DNA of 64,000 bases. Source: Polyangiaceae bacterium. Its GTDB lineage: Bacteria > Myxococcota_A > Polyangia > Polyangiales > Polyangiaceae. Below, piece after piece: positions 9,716 through 18,669 of this stretch. How positions within the stretch are numbered: the stretch's first letter is position 1; the number at the start of each line of letters is the position of its first letter. The DNA is taken from NCBI GenBank assembly GCA_965222375.1, contig CBDCTZ010000013.1:576001-640000 (forward strand), read 5' to 3'. Under the pieces are notes generated by a model. That model did no database searches and was not told where the DNA came from. It was given only the letters and a program-made list of their open reading frames with translations. The position numbers and the translations under genes are program-made.

Positions 9716-10456
9716 ATGCGTCGATGGATCCGCATGGCCGCCTGCACTTTGACGCTCGGCTGGCCGAGCGCCACCGAGGCTGCGCCCAGGAGGTCGAAAC
9801 CGGCGCCGCGCCCCGCGATCATGGATGTGGTCACCGGGATCCGGTTGACGATGACGGATTCGCTCTACAGCCACACGACTCGAGTGAATACGAAAACAGG
9901 CTACTACCAGTTCGATTGCTCGGCCATGGCGGCATGGGTGCTGCGTCGTTCCGCACCCGTCGCCCTCGGCTCGGTCATGTACAATAAGAAGAACGCTCGG
10001 CCCTTGGCGCGAGACTTCTACTACCGGATCGCACGAACACCTGCGGGAAAGCCGCGTTGGGGATGGCAGCGGGTCAGCCGGGTGCAGGATGCGCGCCCCG
10101 GGGACGTGATCGCATGGCTCCGCCCGAAGATGCTCCGCTCACAAAACACCGGACACGTGGCCTTCGTCGTGGAGCCGCCGGTCCCGTGGCCAGAGACCGC
10201 GGGCGCCTACTTGCTGCGAATCGCTGATGCGTCTCGATACCAACACGAAAACGACACGCGTCGAGGAACCGGCCGCACCGGCTTCGGAATTGGCACCATC
10301 TTGGTCCTAGCGGACATCGAGAGCGCCTTGAAGGGAGACTTTGCCGCTGCCACCTCGGGCTGTTTCGGCGTCGGCACGATGAATCCAAAGTCGCCATCCC
10401 CAGCCTCGAAGTTCACCTCGCGCACGAAATGCTGCCGCTGCTCGGCGCGATCGTAG
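9716..10456 (+). CDS. Secreted NlpC/P60/CHAP-like papain-fold protein; last ~46 residues probably non-native (junction at ~10316)
   Basis: FDCS, PGDVIAW, TGHVAFV and DAS motifs. The sequence after GTILVLAD is the antisense of the neighbouring gene. Confidence 0.6.
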   Translation: MRRWIRMAACTLTLGWPSATEAAPRRSKPAPRPAIMDVVTGIRLTMTDSLYSHTTRVNTKTGYYQFDCSAMAAWVLRRSAPVALGSVMYNKKNARPLARDFYYRIARTPAGKPRWGWQRVSRVQDARPGDVIAWLRPKMLRSQNTGHVAFVVEPPVPWPETAGAYLLRIADASRYQHENDTRRGTGRTGFGIGTILVLADIESALKGDFAAATSGCFGVGTMNPKSPSPASKFTSRTKCCRCSARS

Positions 10457-10608
10457 ACAATCAACACCTGCTCTTGCCGAATCGTCGGAATCGACTGCTC
10501 CAGACTGCGCGGTACGAACATGCCGCACGCCTCTGCGGATGCCGAGCGAAACGTTGCAGCAGCGAAGGCGCCGAACGCGAATAGGAAAGCGGCATGAGAA
10601 AGCTTCAT
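10316..10608 (-). pseudogene. Truncated DUF2330-like secreted protein (N-terminal ~97 aa only)
   Basis: SD GAGG, signal peptide, ACGMFVP, EQVLIVYD..QHFVR..F.GD..DFGFIVPTP..PEV, then the frame runs into the antisense of the upstream gene. Confidence 0.65.
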
Positions 10609-10674
10609 GGTCACCTCGTCCGCGAACCCTAGCCCAGGACCGGGTCGGACGTGGCCTCGAAAGCTGCCTGCAGC

Positions 10675-11637
10675 TCAACCCAGCTCGCGGCTGGTCAGCC
10701 AGTCGGCCAAGGGTGAGAAGACCTGCGCTTGGGCAGGCCGGCTGATGAAGAGATCCGCGTGGGCGAACCAAGTTTTCTCATCACCGACGAGCAAGCGATC
10801 GCCCTGAGGCAGAGCAGAAAGGGCGCTCTCGGCGGACTCGAGAGGCACGATGCCATCCCGATTCGCCACCACGCACAAGAACGGCCGATCGACCTCGTTC
10901 AGGGCTTCCGCCACATTGATCCCCGATACCACCAGATCGCGGTTCTTGACCCAGCGAGCGATCTCGCCATTGAGCTTCGGGATCGGGTCTTCCACGGTCT
11001 GAAGTAGTTCATCGAGACCAGCCACGTCCACGATGTCCGCGTTCATGTAGAGCGAAAGCAGTTTCGGAAAGCGACGCACTACTGGCAGTGCACGCTCGGC
11101 CATGCGTCGCGTTCCGGAAACCCGAATGCGCTTGGCAACGCGGGCTGAAACGAAGAGCGCGCGGAGGAATCGATGGGTCTTGTCCCAGCGCAGTGGTGCG
11201 CCCATGCCAACGATCGAGCCGATGCCGTGGTCGCGCAAGTGGTGGGCCAAGTAGGTGTAGATGTAGGTGCCGCCCAGGCTGCAGCCGATCACATCGATGC
11301 GCTTCTGCTGACTTTCGGTTGCGTTGCGCACCTGATCTAGGGCATTGGGCAGATCCTTCAAGGCGAGATCCCGAAAGCCCGAGTTGCGATCACCACCCAT
11401 GGAGCGGGACTCGCCCTGGCCACGCAGATTGGAGGTCCAGACTTCCATACCCCGCCCCGTCAGGTATTCGATCAGGGACGGCCCGCTTGGATGAAATGTG
11501 AGCGGCGTGGTGTTCATGCAGTAGCCCGGCACGATCAGCACCGGACGCAGCTCTGGATTCAGATGTTTCGGCGCCCAATGCTGACGCACATCCAGGGACC
11601 ATCCCGCAGCCGTTGGCCAATAACGCCGCACTTGCAT
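10675..11637 (-). CDS. Alpha/beta hydrolase (lipase/PhaC-like fold)
   Basis: PVLIVPGY, NLRGQG, GCSLGG elbow, RDGIVP and FAHADLF motifs. Confidence 0.8.
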   Translation of the reverse strand: MQVRRYWPTAAGWSLDVRQHWAPKHLNPELRPVLIVPGYCMNTTPLTFHPSGPSLIEYLTGRGMEVWTSNLRGQGESRSMGGDRNSGFRDLALKDLPNALDQVRNATESQQKRIDVIGCSLGGTYIYTYLAHHLRDHGIGSIVGMGAPLRWDKTHRFLRALFVSARVAKRIRVSGTRRMAERALPVVRRFPKLLSLYMNADIVDVAGLDELLQTVEDPIPKLNGEIARWVKNRDLVVSGINVAEALNEVDRPFLCVVANRDGIVPLESAESALSALPQGDRLLVGDEKTWFAHADLFISRPAQAQVFSPLADWLTSRELG

Positions 11638-11688
11638 GGGCGGCATCCTAGGCCGGCACGCAGCCGGGTAGGAAGCCCGGCGTCCAAT

Positions 11689-12029
11689 TCAGGCGGGTGG
11701 GTCGGGATGCACCGCCAATCCCGCCTTGGCTCGCGTCGGGCAGACGGGGCAGTAGGGAGGGCTGGCGGTCATCACGTTGAGGGCGACCTTCCGGCGCCAG
11801 ACGCTCGGTTGAAAGGTGATGGGCTGACTGCTTCCGGTATGCACCATCGAGCAAAAGCCGCCGCCAAAGAACGGCACCCACTGGCCCTGGAGCGTCATGT
11901 CTCCAACATGCACCCAGTCGTACACAAAGAAAGCACTTCGGCAACGGGTTCACCGGTCTCGTCGGCGACGTGGCCGGAACACGCAACCATCAAACCCAAA
12001 CTTGCCAGGAACGGGCCGCAAACTCTCAT
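11689..12029 (-). pseudogene. Probable frameshifted or deleted lipoprotein remnant
   Basis: ATG 12029 gives MRVCGPFLASLGLMVAC (lipobox). Protein-like sequence continues in another frame from ~11925 (YDWVHVGD...FCSMVH) to a stop at 11689. Confidence 0.35.
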
Positions 12030-12166
12030 GGTTTCCAGAAAGCCAGCGCCGGGCGCGAGCGTCAACACGGCGGGCGCCGTGCCGCCGACAACGTCACCCC
12101 CCAGCGGGACAGCGGCGCTGGGATGGCGGAAGTGCAATTGCGGCAGATGCGGAGTATCGTCCGCGG

Positions 12167-12835
12167 ATGAAGCTAACAATCGGGCCTTTCTTCGCGATCG
12201 CTCTGCTTTCGTGTGCGTGCAGTTCGAGCGGCAGCAGCGGCGGCCCAGGGGGAAGCGCCGCAGGCGCGGCGACGGGGGGCAGCGCCGGCCTCGGCACCGG
12301 CGGCTTCGGCGGCACGTCCGGAGCGGGAGGGACGAGCACGGGGGGCGCTACCGGCAATCCGGTGATCGAGGTCGATACCAGCATGGGCAAGATGGTGATC
12401 GAGCTCGATGCCGTGAACATGCCCACGACGACCAAGAACTTTCTGGAATACGTCGACGCTGGGTTCTACACCGGCACCATCTTCCATCGAGTAATCCCCG
12501 ACTTCGTGATTCAGGGCGGAGGCTTCAGCTCGGGGCTCACTCCGAAACAGACGAATCCTCCCATCGCCCTGGAGACGAGTCCACAAATCCTCCATGACTA
12601 CGGCGTGATCTCCATGGCGCGCACCAGCGCCCCCAACAGCGCCACCAGCCAGTTCTTCGTCGTGAACGCCAAGGCCGGTTCTCATAGCCTCGACGGCTCC
12701 TATGCCGCCTTCGGTCGTATGAAGGAAGGCGACGCCGTGCTCGACGCCATCAGCTCCGTGCCCACCCAGACGAGCGGCAGCTACAAGGACGTTCCGACGA
12801 CGGAAGTGGTCGTCAACAGCATCACACGCAAGTAG
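12167..12835 (+). CDS. Cyclophilin-type peptidyl-prolyl isomerase lipoprotein
   Basis: FYTGTIFHRVIPDFVIQGGG, SMART, SATSQFF and LDGSYAAFG motifs; lipobox and Gly linker. Confidence 0.93.
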   Translation: MKLTIGPFFAIALLSCACSSSGSSGGPGGSAAGAATGGSAGLGTGGFGGTSGAGGTSTGGATGNPVIEVDTSMGKMVIELDAVNMPTTTKNFLEYVDAGFYTGTIFHRVIPDFVIQGGGFSSGLTPKQTNPPIALETSPQILHDYGVISMARTSAPNSATSQFFVVNAKAGSHSLDGSYAAFGRMKEGDAVLDAISSVPTQTSGSYKDVPTTEVVVNSITRK

Positions 12836-13098
12836 CGACCCACAGATTCGGCCCAGCCCCCAGCGGGCGCCCTGCCGGCAGCGCGTCGGAACGAAGCCGG
12901 CTACGATCACCTCGAGAGTCGGATTGTTCGGACCCGAGCCTGGACGCAAGGAGTACGTCTCTTCGCAACCATCCCCTCACACGCAACTGTAGCGCGTGAC
13001 ACATGATGTCGCCTATCTAGGAGAACCATGCCCGGAAAATCCGCCGAGCTGGATCCAGCCACGGGCTCAACGGCGATGCCTTCGACTTTGGCCTGGGT

Positions 13099-13142
13099 CG
13101 AGAGTCGTGGCCCAGACCGCCCCAGAGACGCGACCCAAACCC
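13099..13142 (-). repeat. Dispersed bipartite element, copy A
   Basis: Plus strand CGAGAGTCG(13099-13107)-N19-GACGCGACCCAAACC(13127-). Confidence 0.7.
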
Positions 13143-13237
13143 CAAACCAACCCACGTGAAGGGCCGTCTCTGCCGCAGGCTTTGCGCGCAGTTTGGCGGT
13201 TGTGGGCGAGGCGCGCTTTCGGGCACCATGGCTCGCC

Positions 13238-14185
13238 ATGCGACCTTCGCTCACTTCTTCCGCGGCCATCTTCCTAGCGCTGAGCTGCGCTCTGGCCTGC
13301 GACAAGTCTGACAAACCGGCCGGGACTTCCTCCGGGGGCGGCGCGGCCATGGGCAGCCCGAAAGCGACGGCCGAGGTCAAGGCTGGTCAGAAGACCTTCG
13401 AGACCCAATGCGTGGCCTGCCACACGATTGGAAAGGGCGATCGCACTGGACCGGATCTCAAGGGAGTGACCAAGCGGCGCACGTCCGAGTGGCTCACCAA
13501 ATGGATGCGTGACCCCGTTGCCATGGGCGCAACGAATCACATCGGCAAGGAAGTGTCTGCGAAGTACGGCGAAGTGATCATGCCGGACTTCGAGTTGAGC
13601 GATCCGCAGATCGCCGAGCTACTCGCCTTCTTGAAGTATGCCAGCGCCACAGGTGGCTACGAGCCACCCAAGGAAGCGCCCCGTGCGCTAGCCGGAGCCG
13701 ATCTGGAAAAAGCGAAGAGCATCTACTTCGATCGCTGCGCAGGCTGCCACGGTGACCGCCGGCAGGGTGCTGCAGGGCCGGCTCTGACTCCGGAGCGCAC
13801 CCGCAAGCTGGGCAGCGTCGTATTGCGAGCAACCGTGAGTCACGGCAGCGCCGGGGGAATGCCAGCTTGGGGTGAACTCGGGATCCTATCCACCAAGGAA
13901 GTGGACCTGGTCGCCCAATACCTGCAGATGCCTCCGACGGACGCGCCCTCGCTGCCCTTGGAAGAGATCGCCAAAAACCACGTGCTCAAGGTCGCGGTGG
14001 CGGATCGACCCAAGGCGCCCGCTCACAAGCGAAACTGGAAGAACTTCTTCGCCGTGGTGATGCGTGACCAGGGAGAGCTGGCCATCATCGATGGCGACTC
14101 GAAGGAGAAGCAGACGGCCGAGATCTCACCCCTTCGGGTATCGGGAAGCCCGTCGCGGCGGATTAGGGGAAGGGGGGGCCCATGA
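13238..14185 (+). pseudogene. nirS: Truncated cytochrome cd1 nitrite reductase with an extra N-terminal cytochrome c domain; d1 propeller lost after ~14110
   Basis: CVACH domain, then AKSIYFDRCAGCHG..GMPAWG..DRPK..NFFAVVMRDQGELAIIDGDSKE, typical of NirS. The expected continuation (..TGYAVH..) is absent. Confidence 0.8.
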
Positions 14186-17100
14186 TTTCGTCGAGAGGAC
14201 TCCCTGTGGCGTCAACCGGGTTGGCGTCCTTGGCTTTGGACTTGGACGCCTGGCTGATGATGTCGGGCTTGATGGAAATGTCGAACTCCTTGCCCGTGGT
14301 GGGGCCGTGGCAGCCGCCACAGAAGTTGTTGAACACCTCCCGACGGAAACTCAACGTGAGCCACTCACCCGGGTAAAATTGGATCTCCTCCCGCTGGTGA
14401 TGGAGGGTCGGCTTGGTGTCGCCCGCGAGCTGCTCCTGCACCGCCAGCACGACCGGGAAACCGGCCGGCGCCTGCAGTTTGACCGAGCCATCTGAAAGCA
14501 GGGGCACGGTGCCAACCTTGACGCGCCTCGCGTAGACCTTGCCGTATTCGTCTTCGACGATGTAGGGGCTCGAGTCGTTCAGGCTTTTCTCGCCATCCGG
14601 GGGCAAGCTAGCCCAGGCCTCGAAGCTCGTCATGTTGTCGTTGACAACCCGGCCCGAGCGCGTGCTCTGGAAGAGCAGGCTCGAGATCATCGGGAAGTCG
14701 ACAATGGTCAGCTGGAAGCGGTCGATCCGCTTCTGGTCGTCATCCTCGGTGTACACGGCGCCGTGGAACACCGGGTCGCCGCCAGGCGTGGTGCGGAACA
14801 CCCCGCGGTCGTAGCGGCCAAACACAGCCACCGCCCAGATTTCGTCGGCCGCGGGATCCGACAGCCCTGCCAATGGCGTGCGCTGCCCGTTCGTCGGGTT
14901 GACGGATACGACATCGAAGTTGCCACTGTAGGTCGACAGATCCACCACATTGGCCGCGTAGCTGACCAAGATGTCGCCGTTGGGTAGTGCCGAAGGGTTG
15001 CGATAGGCGCCTTGGTTGGTGCCGCCAACCCGACCCGTGGCCGCCGGGTCGAGGATAGTCAGGGACTTCTGGTAGAAGGTCGTCTTAGCGTAATCGACTG
15101 CGTCCGCATCCACCGTGTAGTCGTCGGGGTTCTGACTCACGTTGTCCTGACCGATCGAGCGGTTGATCACGACCAGCGTGCCGCCCAGGTGCGCAGCGCC
15201 CTTGTCGCTGGCAATGCCGACGAAGTTCTTGTCGAGGGTCTGGAAAGTCTCCGTGAGCTGCAGGTGGCCGAAATGAGCGCGCTGTCCGTACAGCGGGTGG
15301 TAGTCGCCGCCATCCATGTTGATACGCCGCGACGAGAGCTGATAGAAGCCCGGCATCCGCTTTTCCGACGTCATCAAGAGCTGACCATTGGTCTTGAAGG
15401 CCGGGAAACGCTCCTGATTCGACAGAAATGTCATCTGTCGAATCTTCCCGTTCTCGAGAACGTAGATGTTCGCGTTGAGCTTCGCGGGATCTGCCGAGGA
15501 GCGCTGGGGGCCGGGGAAGAGGTGGCCAGGCATGATGTTACCTCGACTCGAGGCGAACACGAGGCCGCCGTCGGGGGCGAAGGCGGGATCGAAGTTGTGA
15601 ATCAACTCGCCGTTGTCGGGAACAGGATTGCCGGCGTAGTCCAGAGGGGCAGCGTTGACGGTGGGCTCCGGTGCACAGTTCGAGCCGTCGGCGTTCATCA
15701 CGTACACCTGAAACGGCTCACTAGCGGCGCTTCGGGCCGCGAACGCGATCTTCGAGCCGTCCCAGGAAACCGTGGGGCGCCGCACGTCGGCAGTGGCAAC
15801 CGTGAGGTTGCACCCCCCCAGTAGGCTGCGGTCGTTGCCGTTGACGGACATGACACCTGCGGCATCCAACGACGCGTCGACCATACGCAGGTCCGCGTTG
15901 GGCAGATAGGTCTCCCAATCCTGCATCGTCTCGGGCTGGTTGACCGGCGGGCGCTTGACGTAGGCGATGGCCTGGAGCGGCGGCAGATTCTTCATCCGCT
16001 GTGCGCGCTCTTTTTCGATCCAAGCGACCATGACGCAGTAGGGATCCTGGTCATCCAAAGGCCCGGTCTCTGCTGCGACGAGATCACATTGAGTGGGATC
16101 ACCGCCACTGGCCAGCAGCGAGCCGCCGCGATGGCGGATGCCGGGACCGCTCGGCCCTGGGGGCAGGTTCTTGGCGATGAGCCGGCCCACATTGGGGTTC
16201 GGGGACTCCATTGCAACCTGCTTCAGGCTTTCCGAATAGTTCTTGCGCGAAGCGGCGATGCCAAAGTGCCCACCGCTCGTGGGACGGGGCCTGAAATCGT
16301 TGAAAACCGGCGACGAATGACAGCCCAGCAGAATGCAACCCTTCTTGACCATGACGGGCTGAACCCGTTTCGCGAAGAATTCGAAGCCGGGATCCGATGG
16401 GATGTTGGTCGGGCCGCCCTTGGCCGTCGCCCATTCCAGGATGGCTTTGTACTGCGTGTCGTTCGTCGAATTGAAGACGTAGCCGCCCTCGTGATAGACA
16501 CCGCCGGCTGCTGGGTCGAGGGAACGTCGCAGCATTTCGCTGAACTGCGGCTGGGTCGCCACATAGTCGCTGGCAGAAAAGTAGTTCCAGCGCTTCTGCT
16601 CGTCCGTGGTGCCACAGGCGAGGGGGAACGCACCCTCCTTGGATCCGTGGCAATTGCCCGCTGCGCAGTTGTTCACGAGCCAAGGGTTCACGTTCTGAAG
16701 GAAGAGCTGATAGTCGGCGTCGGGGGGATCCTGAGTTGGATCGAAGAGCTTGTCGACGCCAATGGCCGGATCGCAGGGATCTTGCTCGATCTTGATCTCC
16801 GGTGGCCGGGCGTTGTTCTTGGTGTGCCCGCGCTCGAGCCAGCGTGAAACCGTTTGAAAACTCACGGAGCCCGGATCCAACAGGGAACCGCCGGCGTGGG
16901 GAATATCCGTGTTGATGACGTCTTGCGTCCCGTCATAGTGGGTCAGCTGAATGGTCTGCGAAGGGAGCGCTTTGACCAGCAACGCTGCGGCGCCAAAGGG
17001 GCCGTAGTTCTTCAGCAGGTCCTGACGCTTGGCGACCATCTCGAAGCTGGTGGTGTCCAGATTGCCCAAAGCGTTGCCGCGCTCATCTGCCGTTGCGTGA

Positions 17101-17258
17101 CATACGGATCCGGTTGCGCTCACGACGCACGAGCCCACCAGAATGGGCGCGATCTTGCGATCGTAGTAGCTGCCCCCCGCCTCGACGTCGTTGCTCGAGC
17201 AAGCCGTCGTGACCCATACCAGCCCGAGGGCGAACGGTAGTTTCGGCAGTTTACTCAT
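14163..17258 (-). CDS. Large lipoprotein: three CXnCH modules, TolB-like propeller and hydrazine-synthase-alpha-like C-terminal domain with CxxCH
   Basis: SD AAGGAGG; lipobox TTAC; SWDGSKIAF and DPAFAPDGGLVFASSRG; GTVPLLSDGSVKLQAPAGFP...FYPGE...CGGCHG. Confidence 0.7.
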   Translation of the reverse strand: MSKLPKLPFALGLVWVTTACSSNDVEAGGSYYDRKIAPILVGSCVVSATGSVCHATADERGNALGNLDTTSFEMVAKRQDLLKNYGPFGAAALLVKALPSQTIQLTHYDGTQDVINTDIPHAGGSLLDPGSVSFQTVSRWLERGHTKNNARPPEIKIEQDPCDPAIGVDKLFDPTQDPPDADYQLFLQNVNPWLVNNCAAGNCHGSKEGAFPLACGTTDEQKRWNYFSASDYVATQPQFSEMLRRSLDPAAGGVYHEGGYVFNSTNDTQYKAILEWATAKGGPTNIPSDPGFEFFAKRVQPVMVKKGCILLGCHSSPVFNDFRPRPTSGGHFGIAASRKNYSESLKQVAMESPNPNVGRLIAKNLPPGPSGPGIRHRGGSLLASGGDPTQCDLVAAETGPLDDQDPYCVMVAWIEKERAQRMKNLPPLQAIAYVKRPPVNQPETMQDWETYLPNADLRMVDASLDAAGVMSVNGNDRSLLGGCNLTVATADVRRPTVSWDGSKIAFAARSAASEPFQVYVMNADGSNCAPEPTVNAAPLDYAGNPVPDNGELIHNFDPAFAPDGGLVFASSRGNIMPGHLFPGPQRSSADPAKLNANIYVLENGKIRQMTFLSNQERFPAFKTNGQLLMTSEKRMPGFYQLSSRRINMDGGDYHPLYGQRAHFGHLQLTETFQTLDKNFVGIASDKGAAHLGGTLVVINRSIGQDNVSQNPDDYTVDADAVDYAKTTFYQKSLTILDPAATGRVGGTNQGAYRNPSALPNGDILVSYAANVVDLSTYSGNFDVVSVNPTNGQRTPLAGLSDPAADEIWAVAVFGRYDRGVFRTTPGGDPVFHGAVYTEDDDQKRIDRFQLTIVDFPMISSLLFQSTRSGRVVNDNMTSFEAWASLPPDGEKSLNDSSPYIVEDEYGKVYARRVKVGTVPLLSDGSVKLQAPAGFPVVLAVQEQLAGDTKPTLHHQREEIQFYPGEWLTLSFRREVFNNFCGGCHGPTTGKEFDISIKPDIISQASKSKAKDANPVDATGSPLDEIMGPPFP

Positions 17259-17305
17259 CGCCTAATCCTCCTTCCGTAGTGTGATGTTACCAGTCACCTT
17301 GGAAC

Positions 17306-17319
17306 ATGACATCGATCAA
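17306..17319 (-). promoter_or_regulatory. Possible Crp/Fnr-family box upstream of the HzsA-like gene
   Basis: Minus strand TTGATcgatGTCAT matches TTGAT-N4-ATCAA at 8/10; a TAACAT -10-like box lies at 17284-17289. Confidence 0.35.
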
Positions 17320-17427
17320 GTCACGCCTTGAAATATCGGCGCTTTTGAGAAAATGCAGCGAATTCGGGCCCCTAGATCGGCTGGCTTGGTCGCGCAAAAG
17401 CGTCGCCTGGGTGCCAACCCCCTTGGG

Positions 17428-18657
17428 TCACCTCCCAACGACAAATACGGCGCTGGTCGTGCCGCTGCCACCGATGTTCAGCATGGCCATGCGCTTGGCG
17501 CCGTCCACCTGGTACTCGCCGGCCTGCCCGGTCACTTGTTTGCTCAAGTCGAGCATCTGTCGGACGCCAGTCGCACCCACGGGATGCCCCGCCCCGATCA
17601 GCCCGCCGCTGGGGTTGACCGGGAGTTTGCCCTTGAAGTCGATCACGCCTTCTTCGATCGCTTTCCAAGACTCGCCGGGTTTGGTCAACCCGAAGTGGTC
17701 GATGGCCATGTACTCGGAAGTCGTGAAGCAGTCGTGGGTCTCGATGCCATCGAGCTTCCAGCAGTCGGAGATGCCCGCGCGCCGGTAGGCGTCCAGGATG
17801 GCTTGACGCGTGTGCGGCAAGACATAGTCGTTGTCTTTGCTCTCGGCGATCTTGTCGTCGAACCCGATGGGCGCCGTATGATGACCCCAACCCTGAATCG
17901 TGGGCAGCTTGGCAAGGTCGATCCCACGACGCTTGGCGTACTTCGCCGCAAAGGCGTCCGACGCCAGGATGAGCGCCACAGCGCCATCCGTCACCTGGGA
18001 ACAATCCGTGAGTTTGATGCGCCCACCAATAGCCGCGTTGTACTTGCTCTCACTGCAGGCGTGTTCCTCACTCATGTACCAGGTGCGAGTCTGCGCCTTC
18101 GGGTTGCGCTTTGCGTTGTCGTAGTTGACAGCGCTGATGTGCGCGAGATGCTCCGCTTTCAGGCCATAGCGCCGTTCGTATTCGTCCCCCAGGCGACCGA
18201 ACAGCTTCGGGAACGGAAATTCGATACCGTCGGCCTCCAACTCATACCAGGCCGCAGTGCCCAGGTAGGCGCCGCCTTGCGCGGGGCTGACGGTCTTCAT
18301 CTGTTCGACACCAACGACCAGCGCGCAGTCGTAACGACCCGCCTCGATCTCGGCGGAAGCCGCGAGCAAGGCGATGGATCCGGACGCGCAGGCCGCTTCA
18401 TGCCGACCCGTAGGCAGACCGGAGAGGGCCGGGTCGACGTCGACGACGAAGGCGCCCAAGTGGCCCTGCATCGAGTACAGCTCCGCCGCGAAATTGCCGA
18501 CGTGGCCCACTTCGATCTCTTTCGGTTCGATTTGGGTCTCGGCCAGCGCACCGAGCACCGCTTCGCGCATCATCGCGGAGATGTGTTTGCCTTCCTTCGT
18601 CCAGTTGCGGGCGAAGTCCGTCTGGTAGCCGCCTAGGATGGTGACTTTCGAGTTCAT
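17428..18657 (-). CDS. Thiolase (acetyl-CoA acyltransferase, SCP2-type)
   Basis: [22 protein letters not shown] and [17 protein letters not shown] motifs. Confidence 0.92.
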   Translation of the reverse strand: MNSKVTILGGYQTDFARNWTKEGKHISAMMREAVLGALAETQIEPKEIEVGHVGNFAAELYSMQGHLGAFVVDVDPALSGLPTGRHEAACASGSIALLAASAEIEAGRYDCALVVGVEQMKTVSPAQGGAYLGTAAWYELEADGIEFPFPKLFGRLGDEYERRYGLKAEHLAHISAVNYDNAKRNPKAQTRTWYMSEEHACSESKYNAAIGGRIKLTDCSQVTDGAVALILASDAFAAKYAKRRGIDLAKLPTIQGWGHHTAPIGFDDKIAESKDNDYVLPHTRQAILDAYRRAGISDCWKLDGIETHDCFTTSEYMAIDHFGLTKPGESWKAIEEGVIDFKGKLPVNPSGGLIGAGHPVGATGVRQMLDLSKQVTGQAGEYQVDGAKRMAMLNIGGSGTTSAVFVVGR

Positions 18658-18669
18658 GCTGGCGCCTCC

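Noticed and set aside
13238..17258. Anammox pathway (nirS plus hzsA)
   Set aside because: There is no hzsB/C or hdh/hao, nirS is truncated, and the context is myxobacterial.
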